DNA of 63,489 nucleotides, counting the filler, from Octopus bimaculoides (lineage: Eukaryota): NCBI RefSeq assembly GCF_001194135.2. It is 4 parts of 4 records of this genome, joined end to end, with 100 filler letters (N's around TTAATTAATTAA, not from the genome) between each part and the next. Parts side by side here need not be neighbours in the genome. Positions count along the whole stretch, not along the records: positions 1 to 26,695 come from NC_069010.1; positions 26,796 to 49,915 come from NC_069000.1; 2 more parts are not named here. One strand, given 5' to 3'. The position numbers and the translations under genes were made by a program. Numbering within the stretch: the first letter of the stretch is position 1; each line of letters opens with the position of its first letter. The notes beneath the pieces are model-generated. The model saw only the letters and a list, made by a program, of their open reading frames with translations, ran no database searches and had not been told where the DNA came from. Shown piece by piece: positions 19,891 to 31,501 of this stretch.

Positions 19891-20949
19891 NNNNNNNNNN
19901 NNNNNNNNNNNNNNNNNNNNNNNNNNNNNNNNNNNNNNNNNNNNNNNNNNNNNNNNNNNNNNNNNNNNNNNNNNNNNNNNNNNNNNNNNNNNNNNNNNNN
20001 NNNNNNNNNNNNNNNNNNNNNNNNNNNNNNNNNNNNNNNNNNNNNNNNNNNNNNNNNNNNNNNNNNNNNNNNNNNNNNNNNNNNNNNNNNNNNNNNNNNN
20101 NNNNNNNNNNNNNNNNNNNNNNNNNNNNNNNNNNNNNNNNNNNNNNNNNNNNNNNNNNNNNNNNNNNNNNNNNTGATCAATGAATGGTAATAGTAGGAGG
20201 AGGAGGGAGAGGAGAGGAGAGAGGGAGGAGGCGAAGGATGATGATGAAGACAACAGGGAGGATGAGGAGGAGGGGGAGGATGGCCACAGAGCATGCACCC
20301 ATCGAACTCCCTCTCTCCCTCCCTTCCGTCGCCTCGCCCAACCGACCTCCACCACCACCAACCCCTCTCTCGCTCGCACACACACACACACATATATATA
20401 TATACATACATACATACATACATACATACATACATACGCACACATTCACACATAGCACACACACACACGCACAAACTGCTGGATGAGAAATCTTGTGAGG
20501 ATAGAAACTGTGGGGCAACACACGCTCGCACCCACTTCCCACCGTAATCCGCAGCTGCTGCTGCAGTTGCTGCTTCCACTACAGCTGCTGCGGCTGCCGC
20601 TGCTGCCACTGCTGCTGCTATGAGGAAGCCGAAGGAAATCAGTGATGTTGTTGTTGTTGCTGCTGCTGCTGTTGTTGTTGTTATTGTTGGTTGTACGTTT
20701 TCCCCTGCGGGTACTGGGTGCCGTTGGTGCCATCCTGCTTCTGGCATCGGCGGACACGGAGTTGGAAGCAGGCGGTGGAGGGAAACGAAAGCAAAACAAA
20801 CAAATTATATAAACAAACAAACAAACATGTCTGACGATAAAAAAAAAACAAAAACACTTGCATACACACACGCACACATGCATATATACACATGCACATA
20901 CATACACACATACAGATGCATGTACATGCACATATATGGACATAAACGA

Positions 20950-21317
20950 TAAAGACCCCCTTCAGTCACGAATGACTGTGGGATTGCACCTATAAAGGTT
21001 GTTTATGGAAGACCAGCAATCGGCCATGCATGCCAGTCCCCTCGTCCATGCCATAAATATTATCGCAGGGAAAGGCAAAGGGGCCGATACAGAAACTAAT
21101 TTCCACAGCTGAGTGAACTGGAACAACATTTAACACACATAGTTCTCAGGGAGATTGAGCAGGATAGAGAATGTGACATGGCTGACCCTTTGACAACTGA
21201 GTGGACTGGAGCAATGAGAAATAAAATATCTCGCTCAAGGATACAATGCACAGCCCGGCCTGGGAATTGAACTACCTCATGATTGTAAGCCTGAAACTAA
21301 CCACTGAACCATGTGCC
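20950..21317 (-). mobile_element. SINE family E
   Basis: Reverse complement of the 8034-8295 head and body (ends ...CCACTGAACCATGTGCC). Confidence 0.7.
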
Positions 21318-21419
21318 TTTGCAGACATACACAAATGAATACACACACACACACACACAGGCGTATACAATCAAACATACATCATATATGCATACATGCT
21401 AACATTGACACATACACAG

Positions 21420-21563
21420 ACACACACATACACCCATGCCCACCAACATACACACACACACATATACACCCATGCCCACCAACATACACACACACACATA
21501 TACACCCATGCCCACCAACATACACACACACATACACCCATGCCCACCAACATACACACACAC
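21420..21563. repeat. Minisatellite CACCCATGCCCACCAACATA(CA)n, 4 units, running into a gap
   Basis: Directly visible. Confidence 0.85.
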
Positions 21564-22224
21564 NNNNNNNNNNNNNNNNNNNNNNNNNNNNNNNNNNNNN
21601 NNNNNNNNNNNNNNNNNNNNNNNNNNNNNNNNNNNNNNNNNNNNNNNNNNNNNNNNNNNNNNNNNNNNNNNNNNNNNNNNNNNNNNNNNNNNNNNNNNNN
21701 NNNNNNNNNNNNNNNNNNNNNNNNNNNNNNNNNNNNNNNNNNNNNNNNNNNNNNNNNNNNNNNNNNNNNNNNNNNNNNNNNNNNNNNNNNNNNNNNNNNN
21801 NNNNNNNNNNNNNNNNNNNNNNNNNNNNNNNNNNNNNNNNNNNNNNNNNNNNNNNNNNNNNNNNNNNNNNNNNNNNNNNNNNNNNNNNNNNNNNNNNNNN
21901 NNNNNNNNNNNNNNNNNNNNNNNNNNNNNNNNNNNNNNNNNNNNNNNNNNNNNNNNNNNNNNNNNNNNNNNNNNNNNNNNNNNNNNNNNNNNNNNNNNNN
22001 NNNNNNNNNNNNNNNNNNNNNNNNNNNNNNNNNNNNNNNNNNNNNNNNNNNNNNNNNNNNNAACAGAAGGCATGTGTATGAAAGAAAATTCAGGTACACC
22101 CTCTGCATGGAAAGCAATAGTTCAAAAATATCACTTAATGTCCGTTTCCATAATGAAAGAACACCCATGTCTGTGAGAAAGAAACGAGGTGGTCATGGGA
22201 TGTGCTAGAAATAGCTAAATCCAG

Positions 22225-22965
22225 TTCCTGCTGTCCGTTTTGGCATGGCTTCAACAGCTGGATGCCCTTCCTAATGCCAGCTATTTCACAGAATGAACTG
22301 AGTGCTTTTTATGTGGCACCAGCACCAGTGAGGTCACCAAGTTGACTTGCAAGACAAAAACCCCTTGACTCATGGGAAGGGTTGTTTAGTATTGAGAGAG
22401 GTGGCTTAATGCCAGGTGATGAGAGATTAAACCACGAGTAGAGGGACGGAAACGGGTGTCTTGTTGTAGAAGAAATAAACAGCTACTTCAGCTGAATAAG
22501 AAAGACGGTGCTGATGTGCCAGGACAGACCCTTGAGTTACTGGAAGGGAGAATAGCACATCTGAGCGTGATTGTTGCCAGGGCCAGGGATTGGCTCCTGT
22601 GCCAGTGGCACGTGAAAAGCACCATTCGAGCATGATCATTGCAGCGTCGCCTTACTGGCACATGTGCCGGTAGCACGTGAAAAACAACATTCGAGCATGG
22701 TCGTTGCCAGTGCTGCCAGACTGGCTCCCGTGCAGGTAGCACGTATAAAAACCTCTTTTGAGCGTGGTCATTGCCAGAACCGCCTGACTGACCGTCGTGC
22801 CGGTGACACGTAAAAGCACCCACTACACTCTCTGAGTGGTTGGCGTTAGGAAGGGCATCCAGCTGTAGAAACTCTGCCAAATCAGATTGGAGCCTGGTGT
22901 AGCCATCTGGTTCACCAGTCCTCAGTCAAATCGTCCAACCCATGCTAGCATGGAAGGCAGACGTT
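22225..22965. mobile_element. Two repeat family B copies in opposite orientation (- at ~22225-22530, + at ~22530-22965)
   Basis: CAGCTGGATGCCCTTCCTAA at ~22256 versus TTAGGAAGGGCATCCAGCTG at ~22847. Confidence 0.7.
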
Positions 22966-23079
22966 ANNNNNNNNNNNNNNNNNNNNNNNNNNNNNNNNNN
23001 NNNNNNNNNNNNNNNNNNNNNNNNNNNNNNNNNNNNNNNNNNNNNNNNNNNNNNNNNNNNNNNNNNNNNNNNNNNNNNN

Positions 23080-23790
23080 ATGTAGTCCTAGGTACACTAT
23101 GTCTGAATAAAAGAAAGGATGGTCACAACTGGAACATATTTGATCATAGGTCTGTCAGGATCAAGACTGACCTGGGGCTAAACAGCAATAAAGAAAGACA
23201 CATTAGATAATGTAGTCCTAGGTACACTATGTCTGAATAAAAGAAAGGATGGTCACAACTGGAACATATTTGATCATAGGTCTGTCAGGATCAAGATTGA
23301 CCTAGGGCTAAACAACAATAAAGAAGGACACATTAGATAATGTAGTCCCAGATACACTATGCCTGAATAAAAGATAGGATGGTCACAGTTGGAACATCTG
23401 TGATCATAAGTCTGCTAGATCAGGACTGACCTGGGGCTAAACAACAGAAACAAGGAATGACACATCAGATAATGTAGTCCTAGATACACTATGTCTGAAT
23501 AAAAGACAGGATGGTCACAGTTGGAACATCTGTGATCATAAGTCTGCTAGATCAGGACTGACCTGGGGTTAAACAACAGAAACAAGGAAGGACACATTNN
23601 NNNNNNNNCTATGTCTGAATAAAAGACAGGATGGTCACAGTTGGAACATCTGTGATCATAAGTCTGCTAGATCAGGACTGACCTGGGGTTAAACAACAGA
23701 AACAAGGAAGGACACATTAGATAATGTAGTCCTAGATACACTATGTCTAAAAATAAAAAGACAGGATGGTCACAGTTGGAACATGTTTGA
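23080..23790. repeat. Tandem array of a 130-132-bp unit (~5.5 copies)
   Basis: TGTAGTCC(T/C)A...CACTATGTCTGAATAAAAG...GGATGGTCACA restarts at 23081, 23211, 23341, 23473 and 23725, with an 11-N gap between the last two. Confidence 0.9.
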
Positions 23791-23911
23791 TCGATAAATC
23801 TTTCAGGACCAGTAAAACTGAGCTGTAACGAAACAAAAAAAGACAAGAAGAGTAATTAATAAATAGACCAACCTTATTTTTAATTAAAATGAATCAATTA
23901 GAAAATCTGTT

Positions 23912-23995
23912 TTAGTCATTGAAATCCTCTTGACTCTTCCGAACACACTTGCTCACGGTCCTCTTGAATTCATCCGGTTGTTCTCGCCACATTTT
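23912..23995 (-). CDS. UBE2G1: UBE2G1 last coding exon ([27 protein letters not shown])
   Basis: TTTTGTGTTTCAG| acceptor; 28 codons including TAA; similar to vertebrate KEWRE...FKRKVARCVRKSQE. Confidence 0.9.
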   Translation of the reverse strand, partial: KMWREQPDEFKRTVSKCVRKSQEDFND

Positions 23996-26385
23996 CTGAA
24001 ACACAAAAGAAAGAATAAACCCGTGTAAAAGATTTAGCCACAAAAAAAGTGTTTATAACAGGCGCAGGAGTGGCTGTGTGGTAAGTAGCTTGCTTGCTTA
24101 CCAACCACATGGTTCTGGGTTCAGTCCCCACTGCATTGCACCTTGGGCAAGTGTCTTCTACTATATAGCCTCGGGCCGACCAAAGACTTGTGAGTGGATT
24201 TGGTAGACGGAAACTGGAAGAAGCCCGTCGTAGGCGTAGGAGTGGTTGTGGTAAGTAGCTTGCTTACCAACCACATGGTTCCGGGTTCAGTCCCCACTGC
24301 GTTGCACCTTGGGCAAGTGTCTTCTACTATATAGCCTCGGGCCGACCAAAGANNNNNNNNNNNNNNNNNNNNNNNNNNNNNNNNNNNNNNNNNNNNNNNN
24401 NNNNNNNNNNNNNNNNNNNNNNNNNNNNNNNNNNNNNNNNNNNNNNNNNNNNNNNNNNNNNNNNNNNNNNNNNNNNNNNNNNNNNNNNNNNNNNNNNNNN
24501 NNNNNNNNNNNNNNNNNNNNNNNNNNNNNNNNNNNNNNNNNNNNNNNNNNNNNNNNNNNNNNNNNNNNNNNNNNNNNNNNNNNNNNNNNNNNNNNNNNNN
24601 NNNNNNNNNNNNNNNNNNNNNNNNNNNNNNNNNNNNNNNNNNNNNNNNNNNNNNNNNNNNNNNNNNNNNNNNNNNNNNNNNNNNNNNNNNNNNNNNNNNN
24701 NNNNNNNNGTATATATGTGTGTGTGTGTGTGTGTGTTTGTGCGTCTGTGTTTGTCCCCCCCCAACATCGATTGACAACCGATGCTGGTGTGTTTACGTCC
24801 CCCGTAACTTAGTTGTTCAGCAAAAAGAGACCGATAGAATAAGTACTAGGCTTACAAAGAATAAGTCCTGGGGGTCGATTTTCTCGACTAAAGGCGGTGC
24901 TCCAGCATGGCCGCAGTCAGATGACTGAAACAAGTAAAAGAGTAACATGAAGCACTGCATCATCACAGCACTGTGTTTGGGGCCAGCGTGTCAAAGAATA
25001 GACCCAATGTTTCCTCTGTGTCATAAACGTGGACTAACAAGGGTTGAGGTAGGGTAATCTGAATTGCTAAAGGGTTATACACACTTAAGACATATGGTGT
25101 TTAAACCGGCCATATCAGGCCAAAATTGTCTTCCTGTTTTATGCTCAAACCAGCCAGCTCCGACCTCTCACACCTACCCTACAAAGTCATTCTAAAAATA
25201 AACAGGGACATCATCAAAATCTCAGAATTACAAGATGCTGTACAATTAACTTAAAACAATGTAATTAAACAGGCTTTACATTTGACAGAGAAATCTGAAT
25301 GCTAAAGGGTTAAGACATATGGTGTTGCTTGAGGGCGATTTGGCTGCTATTTCTAACAGGAGTAGCCACCATGCAGAGGTCTTCCTCACTGCTTTATACA
25401 TAAATATATATATCCATTTAGTGGAGGCGCAATGGCCCAGTGGTTAGGGCAGCAGACTCGCGGTTTCGATCCCCAGACCGGGCGTTGAGTGTTTATTGGG
25501 CGAAAACACCTAAAAGCTCCACGAGGCCCCCGGCAGGGGATGGTGGTGGCGAACCCTGCTGTACTCTTCCACCACAACTTTCTCTCACTCTATCTTCCTG
25601 TTTCTGTTGTAACCTGTATTTCAAAGGGGCCAGCCTTGTCACACTGAATATCCCCGAGAACTACGTTATGGGTACGCGTGTCTGTGGAGTGCTCAGCCAC
25701 TTGCACGTTAATTTCACGAGCAGGCTGTTCCGTTGATTGGATCAACTGGAACCCTCATCATCGTAACCGATGGAGTGCCAACAACAAACATATCCATATA
25801 GCTTTTAAACTGGCCATACCTGGCCCAAATATTCTGTTTTATGTTCCTCACATCTGAGAGAATAATTTGGATGGTAAAGGATTAAATTATATCTCATATT
25901 GGATGTGTTTAGAGCAGAGGTTGTCATCAACATGTTTAAACCATGTCTTCTATTAAACACTTGAAGCCAGATCTTGTATTAGACATGTCTAAATCCCAGC
26001 TTGGATTAAATGTGTTTAACCCTTTAGCATCTAAACCAGCTATGTCCACCCCAAATATTCTACATAAGGGTCTTTTACCATGCTAGAAATAACAGCCAAA
26101 CTGCTTTCAAAGCTCATAAGACAGCAACGACTCTACTTACAACTTCGCACACACAGAAACTAAAACAAAATCAATAGTAGTAGTGAATAGTGGGTTCAAT
26201 ACTGACCGCTGCTTCTACATTAGCTGGGGATTCATCGTTGGGGTCCGCTAACATCGATATAACACTGACTAAAATAGTCTCTACAGTGTGTACAGGTAAC
26301 CAGCGTTCGGAAGCCTTCTCGTAACCAAATTTGTCCTCTCCAGGTTCATGTAAGATTGAGATGCACACATTACCTTCTTTGTCAA
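23912..26385 (-). CDS. UBE2G1: Ubiquitin-conjugating enzyme E2 G1, last two coding exons: complement(join(23912-23995,26207-26385))
   Basis: [60 protein letters not shown]|[27 protein letters not shown]. Catalytic Cys at 26365-26363; the acidic loop [12 protein letters not shown] is G1-type rather than G2 or CDC34; canonical splice sites, phase 0 junction. Confidence 0.93.
24061..24945 (+). mobile_element. SINE family A with tandemly duplicated head
   Basis: Heads at 24061-24232 and 24233-24352, then a gap, microsatellite and the standard 3' half. Confidence 0.8.
25102..25312. mobile_element. piggyBac-like MITE, left end missing
   Basis: Right end GAATGCTAAAGGG|TTAA; a matching left end TTAA|CCCTTTAGCAT is seen at ~26016; other fragments at 25797-25885. 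Confidence 0.55.
25421..25788 (+). mobile_element. Full-length tRNA-derived SINE family C
   Basis: A box TGGCCCAGTGGTTAG, B box GGTTTCGATCCCC; (CAA)n tail. Confidence 0.8.
26207..26385 (-). CDS. UBE2G1: UBE2G1 penultimate coding exon with active-site Cys
   Basis: TTTTCTGTTCCAG| acceptor, |GTCAGT donor, 179 nt. Confidence 0.93.
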
Positions 26386-26464
26386 CTGGAACAGAAAAGA
26401 AAAAAGAAAGAAAAGAAAAAAAAAATGGTTAGAAAAGGTTGTGTAAGAAAACCAATCGTCGTTA

Positions 26465-26695
26465 TTCATCAGCATCATCATCATCATCATCATCATCATC
26501 GTTTAACGTCCGCTTTCCATGCTAGCATGGGTTGGACGATTTGACTGAGGACTGGTGAAACAAGATGGCAACACCAGCCTCCAATCTGATTTGGCAGAGT
26601 TTCTACAGCTGGATGCCCTTCCTAACGCCAACCACTCTGAGAGTGTAGTAGGTGCTTTTACGTGTCACCCGCACGTAGATGTTCAACGTCCGTTT
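26465..26695 (-). mobile_element. Repeat family B copy, cut by scaffold end
   Basis: (CAT)n-CGTTTAACGTCCGCTTTCCATGCTAGC... Confidence 0.8.
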
Positions 26696-26795
26696 NNNNN
26701 NNNNNNNNNNNNNNNNNNNNNNNNNNNNNNNNNNNNNNNTTAATTAATTAANNNNNNNNNNNNNNNNNNNNNNNNNNNNNNNNNNNNNNNNNNNN
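26696..26795. other. Artificial scaffold-join linker
   Basis: Exactly N44-TTAATTAATTAA-N44 (stops in all six frames); identical at 49916 and 62371. Confidence 0.95.
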
Positions 26796-26837
<42 letters not shown>

Positions 26838-27254
26838 GTGTGTGTGTGTGTGTGTGTGTGTATCACATTTAATTATTGTTTTCATGAACTCAAATACGTA
26901 GTTAGTATACATCTCGATGCTCGATTGCGTGTTCTCTGTGTATGTGTGTGTTGCGTGTGTGTCTTAATTAATTACTTTCCAGATTAATAAATCTGCATCT
27001 TATTAATTAGTACATGAGTTTTTACTGCAAAATTTGACATGGAATATAAACATTATCCTTGCAACTGGACTTGCAACTTTTTCCTGTTTTGTGTGAGTTT
27101 AGTAAACAGAATATGTCTAGAATTGTGGTTATGTTAGAATATTGGTCCATTCGAAATGATCAAATGTTTACCCAAGAATCAATGTTAAGGGGACTGTCAC
27201 TACAAAGGTGGGCCCTTTGCTTCCTTTACAGGGTATGCATGACGGTACCTCATT

Positions 27255-27425
27255 AATTGTTTCAGTCATTCGACTGCGGCCATACTGGGGCACCACCTTG
27301 AGTCGGGCAAATCGACATCAGAACTTATTCTTTGTAAGCTTAGTACTTATTCTATCGTTTTTTTTTTGCCGAACCGTTAAGTTACTGGGACGTAGACGCA
27401 CCAGCATCGGTTATCAAGGGATGTT
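27255..27425 (-). mobile_element. SINE family A 3' half
   Basis: TTTCAGTCATTCGACTGCGGCCAT...CTTATTCTTTGTAAGC, reverse complement of the family A tail. Confidence 0.75.
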
Positions 27426-28198
27426 NNNNNNNNNNNNNNNNNNNNNNNNNNNNNNNNNNNNNNNNNNNNNNNNNNNNNNNNNNNNNNNNNNNNNNNNNNN
27501 NNNNNNNNNNNNNNNNNNNNNNNNNNNNNNNNNNNNNNNNNNNNNNNNNNNNNNNNNNNNNNNNNNNNNNNNNNNNNNNNNNNNNNNNNNNNNNNNNNNN
27601 NNNNNNNNNNNNNNNNNNNNNNNNNNNNNNNNNNNNNNNNNNNNNNNNNNNNNNNNNNNNNNNNNNNNNNNNNNNNNNNNNNNNNNNNNNNNNNNNNNNN
27701 NNNNNNNNNNNNNNNNNNNNNNNNNNNNNNNNNNNNNNNNNNNNNNNNNNNNNNNNNNNNNNNNNNNNNNNNNNNNNNNNNNNNNNNNNNNNNNNNNNNN
27801 NNNNNNNNNNNNNNNNNNNNNNNNNNNNNNNNNNNNNNNNNNNNNNNNNNNNNNNNNNNNNNNNNNNNNNNNNNNNNNNNNNNNNNNNNNNNNNNNNNNN
27901 NNNNNNNNNNNNNNNNNNNNNNNNNNNNNNNNNNNNNNNNNNNNNNNNNNNNNNNNNNNNNNNNNNNNNNNNNNNNNNNNNNNNNNNNNNNNNNNNNNNN
28001 NNNNNNNNNNNNNNNNNNNNNNNNNNNNNNNNNNNNNNNNNNNNNNNNNNNNNNNNNNNNNNNNNNNNNNNNNNNNNNNNNNNNNNNNNNNNNNNNNNNN
28101 NNNNNNNNNNNNNNNNNNNNNNNNNNNNNNNNNNNNNNNNNNNNNNNNNNNNNNNNNNNNNNNNNNNNNNNNNNNNNNNNNNNNNNNNNNNNNNNNNN

Positions 28199-28234
<36 letters not shown>

Positions 28235-28860
28235 TATGTCCGTACATATATACGTATATATGTATATACATACATATATATGTGTGTGTGTAGGCATGTA
28301 AGTGCATATATATATGTATATGTATATATACATACATATGTGAGTGTGCGTGTGTGTATGTTCGTGTGTGTGTGTAAGAATGTTTACTGCACCGGAACCT
28401 TCCTAAGTTGCAGTTGAAATCTTCTAAGATTGAAAGGAATTTCCTTCCTGTCAGAATATTTAAAATATGAAAACATGTTGGCGTATTTTACGGTGCCAAG
28501 TGTCTCATGGAATTGGTTAGAGCCATGTTATAAATAGAGGGCATTAGGTAGTTTTAACTCGATGGAGTTTCTCAATGCAACAAATCCGATCTTAATAATT
28601 TAGTATAACGTTTATAAACTGTGACACAGAACGGAAGAAATTTTGTGCGGGAGATGCGCAACACTTCAGAGATGAATTTCTCAGTAACTACAATCAACTG
28701 TTTTAAAGAAGATATATTCAGCGCAGTGTGGGAGTGTATGTATAGGAATACGACATGCATGAATTATATGTAGCAGGTCTTTCTCAAATAACCCCTTCAT
28801 CGTCTCAAAAACGATTCGATGAATTGTGCAGTATTATTTTTATAAGGTACAACGAATACA

Positions 28861-28904
<44 letters not shown>

Positions 28905-29729
28905 AATCAATCTATCTAGCTATCTCTCTCTCTCTCTCTCTCTATATNNNNNNNNNNNNNNNNNNNNNNNNNNNNNNNNNNNNNNNNNNNNNNNNNNNNN
29001 NNNNNNNNNNNNNNNNNNNNNNNNNNNNNNNNNNNNNNNNNNNNNNNNNNNNNNNNNNNNNNNNNNNNNNNNNNNNNNNNNNNNNNNNNNNNNNNNNNNN
29101 NNNNNNNNNNNNNNNNNNNNNNNNNNNNNNNNNNNNNNNNNNNNNNNNNNNNNNNNNNNNNNNNNNNNNNNNNNNNNNNNNNNNNNNNNNNNNNNNNNNN
29201 NNNNNNNNNNNNNNNNNNNNNNNNNNNNNNNNNNNNNNNNNNNNNNNNNNNNNNNNNNNNNNNNNNNNNNNNNNNNNNNNNNNNNNNNNNNNNNNNNNNN
29301 NNNNNNNNNNNNNNNNNNNNNNNNNNNNNNNNNNNNNNNNNNNNNNNNNNNNNNNNNNNNNNNNNNNNNNNNNNNNNNNNNNNNNNNNNNNNNNNNNNNN
29401 NNNNNNNNNNNNNNNNNNNNNNNNNNNNNNNNNNNNNNNNNNNNNNNNNNNNNNNNNNNNNNNNNNNNNNNNNNNNNNNNNNNNNNNNNNNNNNNNNNNN
29501 NNNNNNNNNNNNNNNNNNNNNNNNNNNNNNNNNNNNNNNNNNNNNNNNNNNNNNNNNNNNNNNNNNNNNNNNNNNNNNNNNNNNNNNNNNNNNNNNNNNN
29601 NNNNNNNNNNNNNNNNNNNNNNNNNNNNNNNNNNNNNNNNNNNNNNNNNNNNNNNNNNNNNNNNNNNNNNNNNNNNNNNNNNNNNNNNNNNNNNNNNNNN
29701 NNNNNNNNNNNNNNNNNNNNNNNNNNNNN

Positions 29730-29795
<66 letters not shown>

Positions 29796-29899
29796 CATAT
29801 ATATATAATTGTATAAATAAATTATATGTATTTATGTATATACATGTGTATATGAATACACCTGTGTATATGTGTGTGCGTGTTTACTTGTATATGTGT

Positions 29900-29935
<36 letters not shown>

Positions 29936-30755
29936 CTGTCGGTGTGTGATATGGTCATGTCTTATGACTTAGATGTTCTCTACATAATTAGCAGTGTGTT
30001 CATGAGAGGAAATAAGATTTAAGTGATAAATATACCGATAAAATCTTATTTTGTCTCGCTGACGACATTCTTAATCCAATATTTTTTAGGAGGTCTCAAC
30101 TCGAGGTTTCTATTGTTAATTCGATAGAAACCCAGATACGTACTTAAGTCTGATAATAAAAAAAATTCCTTATGTATGTGCGCGTGTGAATATGTCTGTG
30201 AGTTTTATATTGTATATATATTTATATATGTATATATATATATATATGTATGTGCATTCATAGAAATTTACTCAACGTGAATTATCATCGACATCTATGG
30301 ATGATTATCTTATGCTTTTTATGAATATTATAAGAAATATATTCGTGTATTTGTGTGTCTTTGTGTATATAATGTAATATAGATAAATAGATAAATAGAC
30401 AGATAGATATATAAATTGATAAATAGGTATTTTCGAACAAGACCGCTTGGTGTCCTCAAATTAGGCTGAGTGGTGACAGCTCCCTTGTCCGAAAATATAA
30501 GGACGCAGATAGTGCGTCTATAGACAGCTGGAGACGATGTTTCCTGGGGCTGAATAACAGTAACGTTGGTCCTAATCAGGACTACTAGATTATGTTGGTA
30601 AGTAATCTTTACTCTAGAGTACTGTTACTGAATATTTCTCGTTCAGAGACTTAGAAATAGTAATTTATTTATGCGATCAGTGTTGTGTGTTACTCTGAAA
30701 AAGTATATATTTCGAAAAAGAGTCTAGTGTCGCCATCTGTAGCCGAGCAGTTATT

Positions 30756-30799
30756 TTCTGCTGATGAAGAGATATAACTCAGAAACCATTGGTACACAG
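30756..30799 (+). ncRNA. Hammerhead ribozyme-like motif (slightly degenerate)
   Basis: UUCUG-CUGAUGA-A-GAG(AUAUAA)CUC-A-GAAA-CC(AUU)GG-UA-CACAG; GUA triplet; stem I 4/5 pairs; A.A mismatch at the base of stem II. Confidence 0.5.
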
Positions 30800-30869
30800 A
30801 TATTACTTTGGGCTGAGTGGGGACACTAAGCTCCCTTGTTCGAAAATATAAGGACGCAGACAGTGCGTC

Positions 30870-31012
30870 GTTAGCGGTTCGGCAAAAGAGACCCGATAGA
30901 ATAAGTACTAGGCTTACAAAGAATAAGTCCTGGGGTCGATTTGCTCGACTAAAGGCGGTGCTCCATCATGGCCACAGTCAAATGACTGAAACAAGTAAAA
31001 GATTAAAAGAGT
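30870..31012 (+). mobile_element. SINE family A 3' fragment
   Basis: TTAGCGGTTCGGCAAAAGAGACCCGATAGAATAAGTACTAGGC...GAAACAAGTAAAAGA. Confidence 0.8.
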
Positions 31013-31014
31013 AA

Positions 31015-31501
31015 ACAGACAATATTTGAAAGTTTTTGAAATTGTTTTCAAGTTAATACAATTACAAACATTTTTTGGCATATTTAAAAAATATGTTAAA
31101 GTGAAAATAACATTAAAAATACTATAAATATTTCGTAAAAGACCCGCTCGTAAACTCAGTTTGATATAATTTTATTCTATAGATGTCTTTCGAGTGCATT
31201 CAACGTATCTCATTTCCAAAGATTTGGCTGATATTTCTAGCACACGCTGCTACCACGTAACAGTTATTTGCGATAGAGGAGCCGGAATACCTGTTATGTG
31301 GTAGAAGGGTGTGCAAGATTTAGCAGCCAAAACTAGCTTTCCTGGAACAAAGGAGCTGTTTGCGCGTGATTTCGATGTCACATTCGTTGAAAGCGTGCGA
31401 AATAACCTGGAAAAGGGAAAAGAAAAAACGCCACGAAACAAAACCCCGTTGCTGGGAAACTCAAAATTTCTCGGTGACCCAACGGGTCATGGGTAGTGTA
31501 G
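31015..31501 (+). mobile_element. Helitron 3' portion, diverged relative of 4683-6186
   Basis: Colinear with 5805-6186, including the internal palindrome and the terminal TGACCC-AAC-GGGTCA hairpin + GTAG|T. Confidence 0.7.

Noticed and set aside
23080-23790. Regular ~130-bp array as a CRISPR or ribozyme array
   Set aside because: Whole units repeat with no unique spacers; eukaryotic context; no CUGANGA/GAAA core on either strand.
26740-26751. TTAATTAATTAA palindrome seen three times
   Set aside because: Always centred in exactly 44+44 Ns, so it is an assembly linker, not biology.
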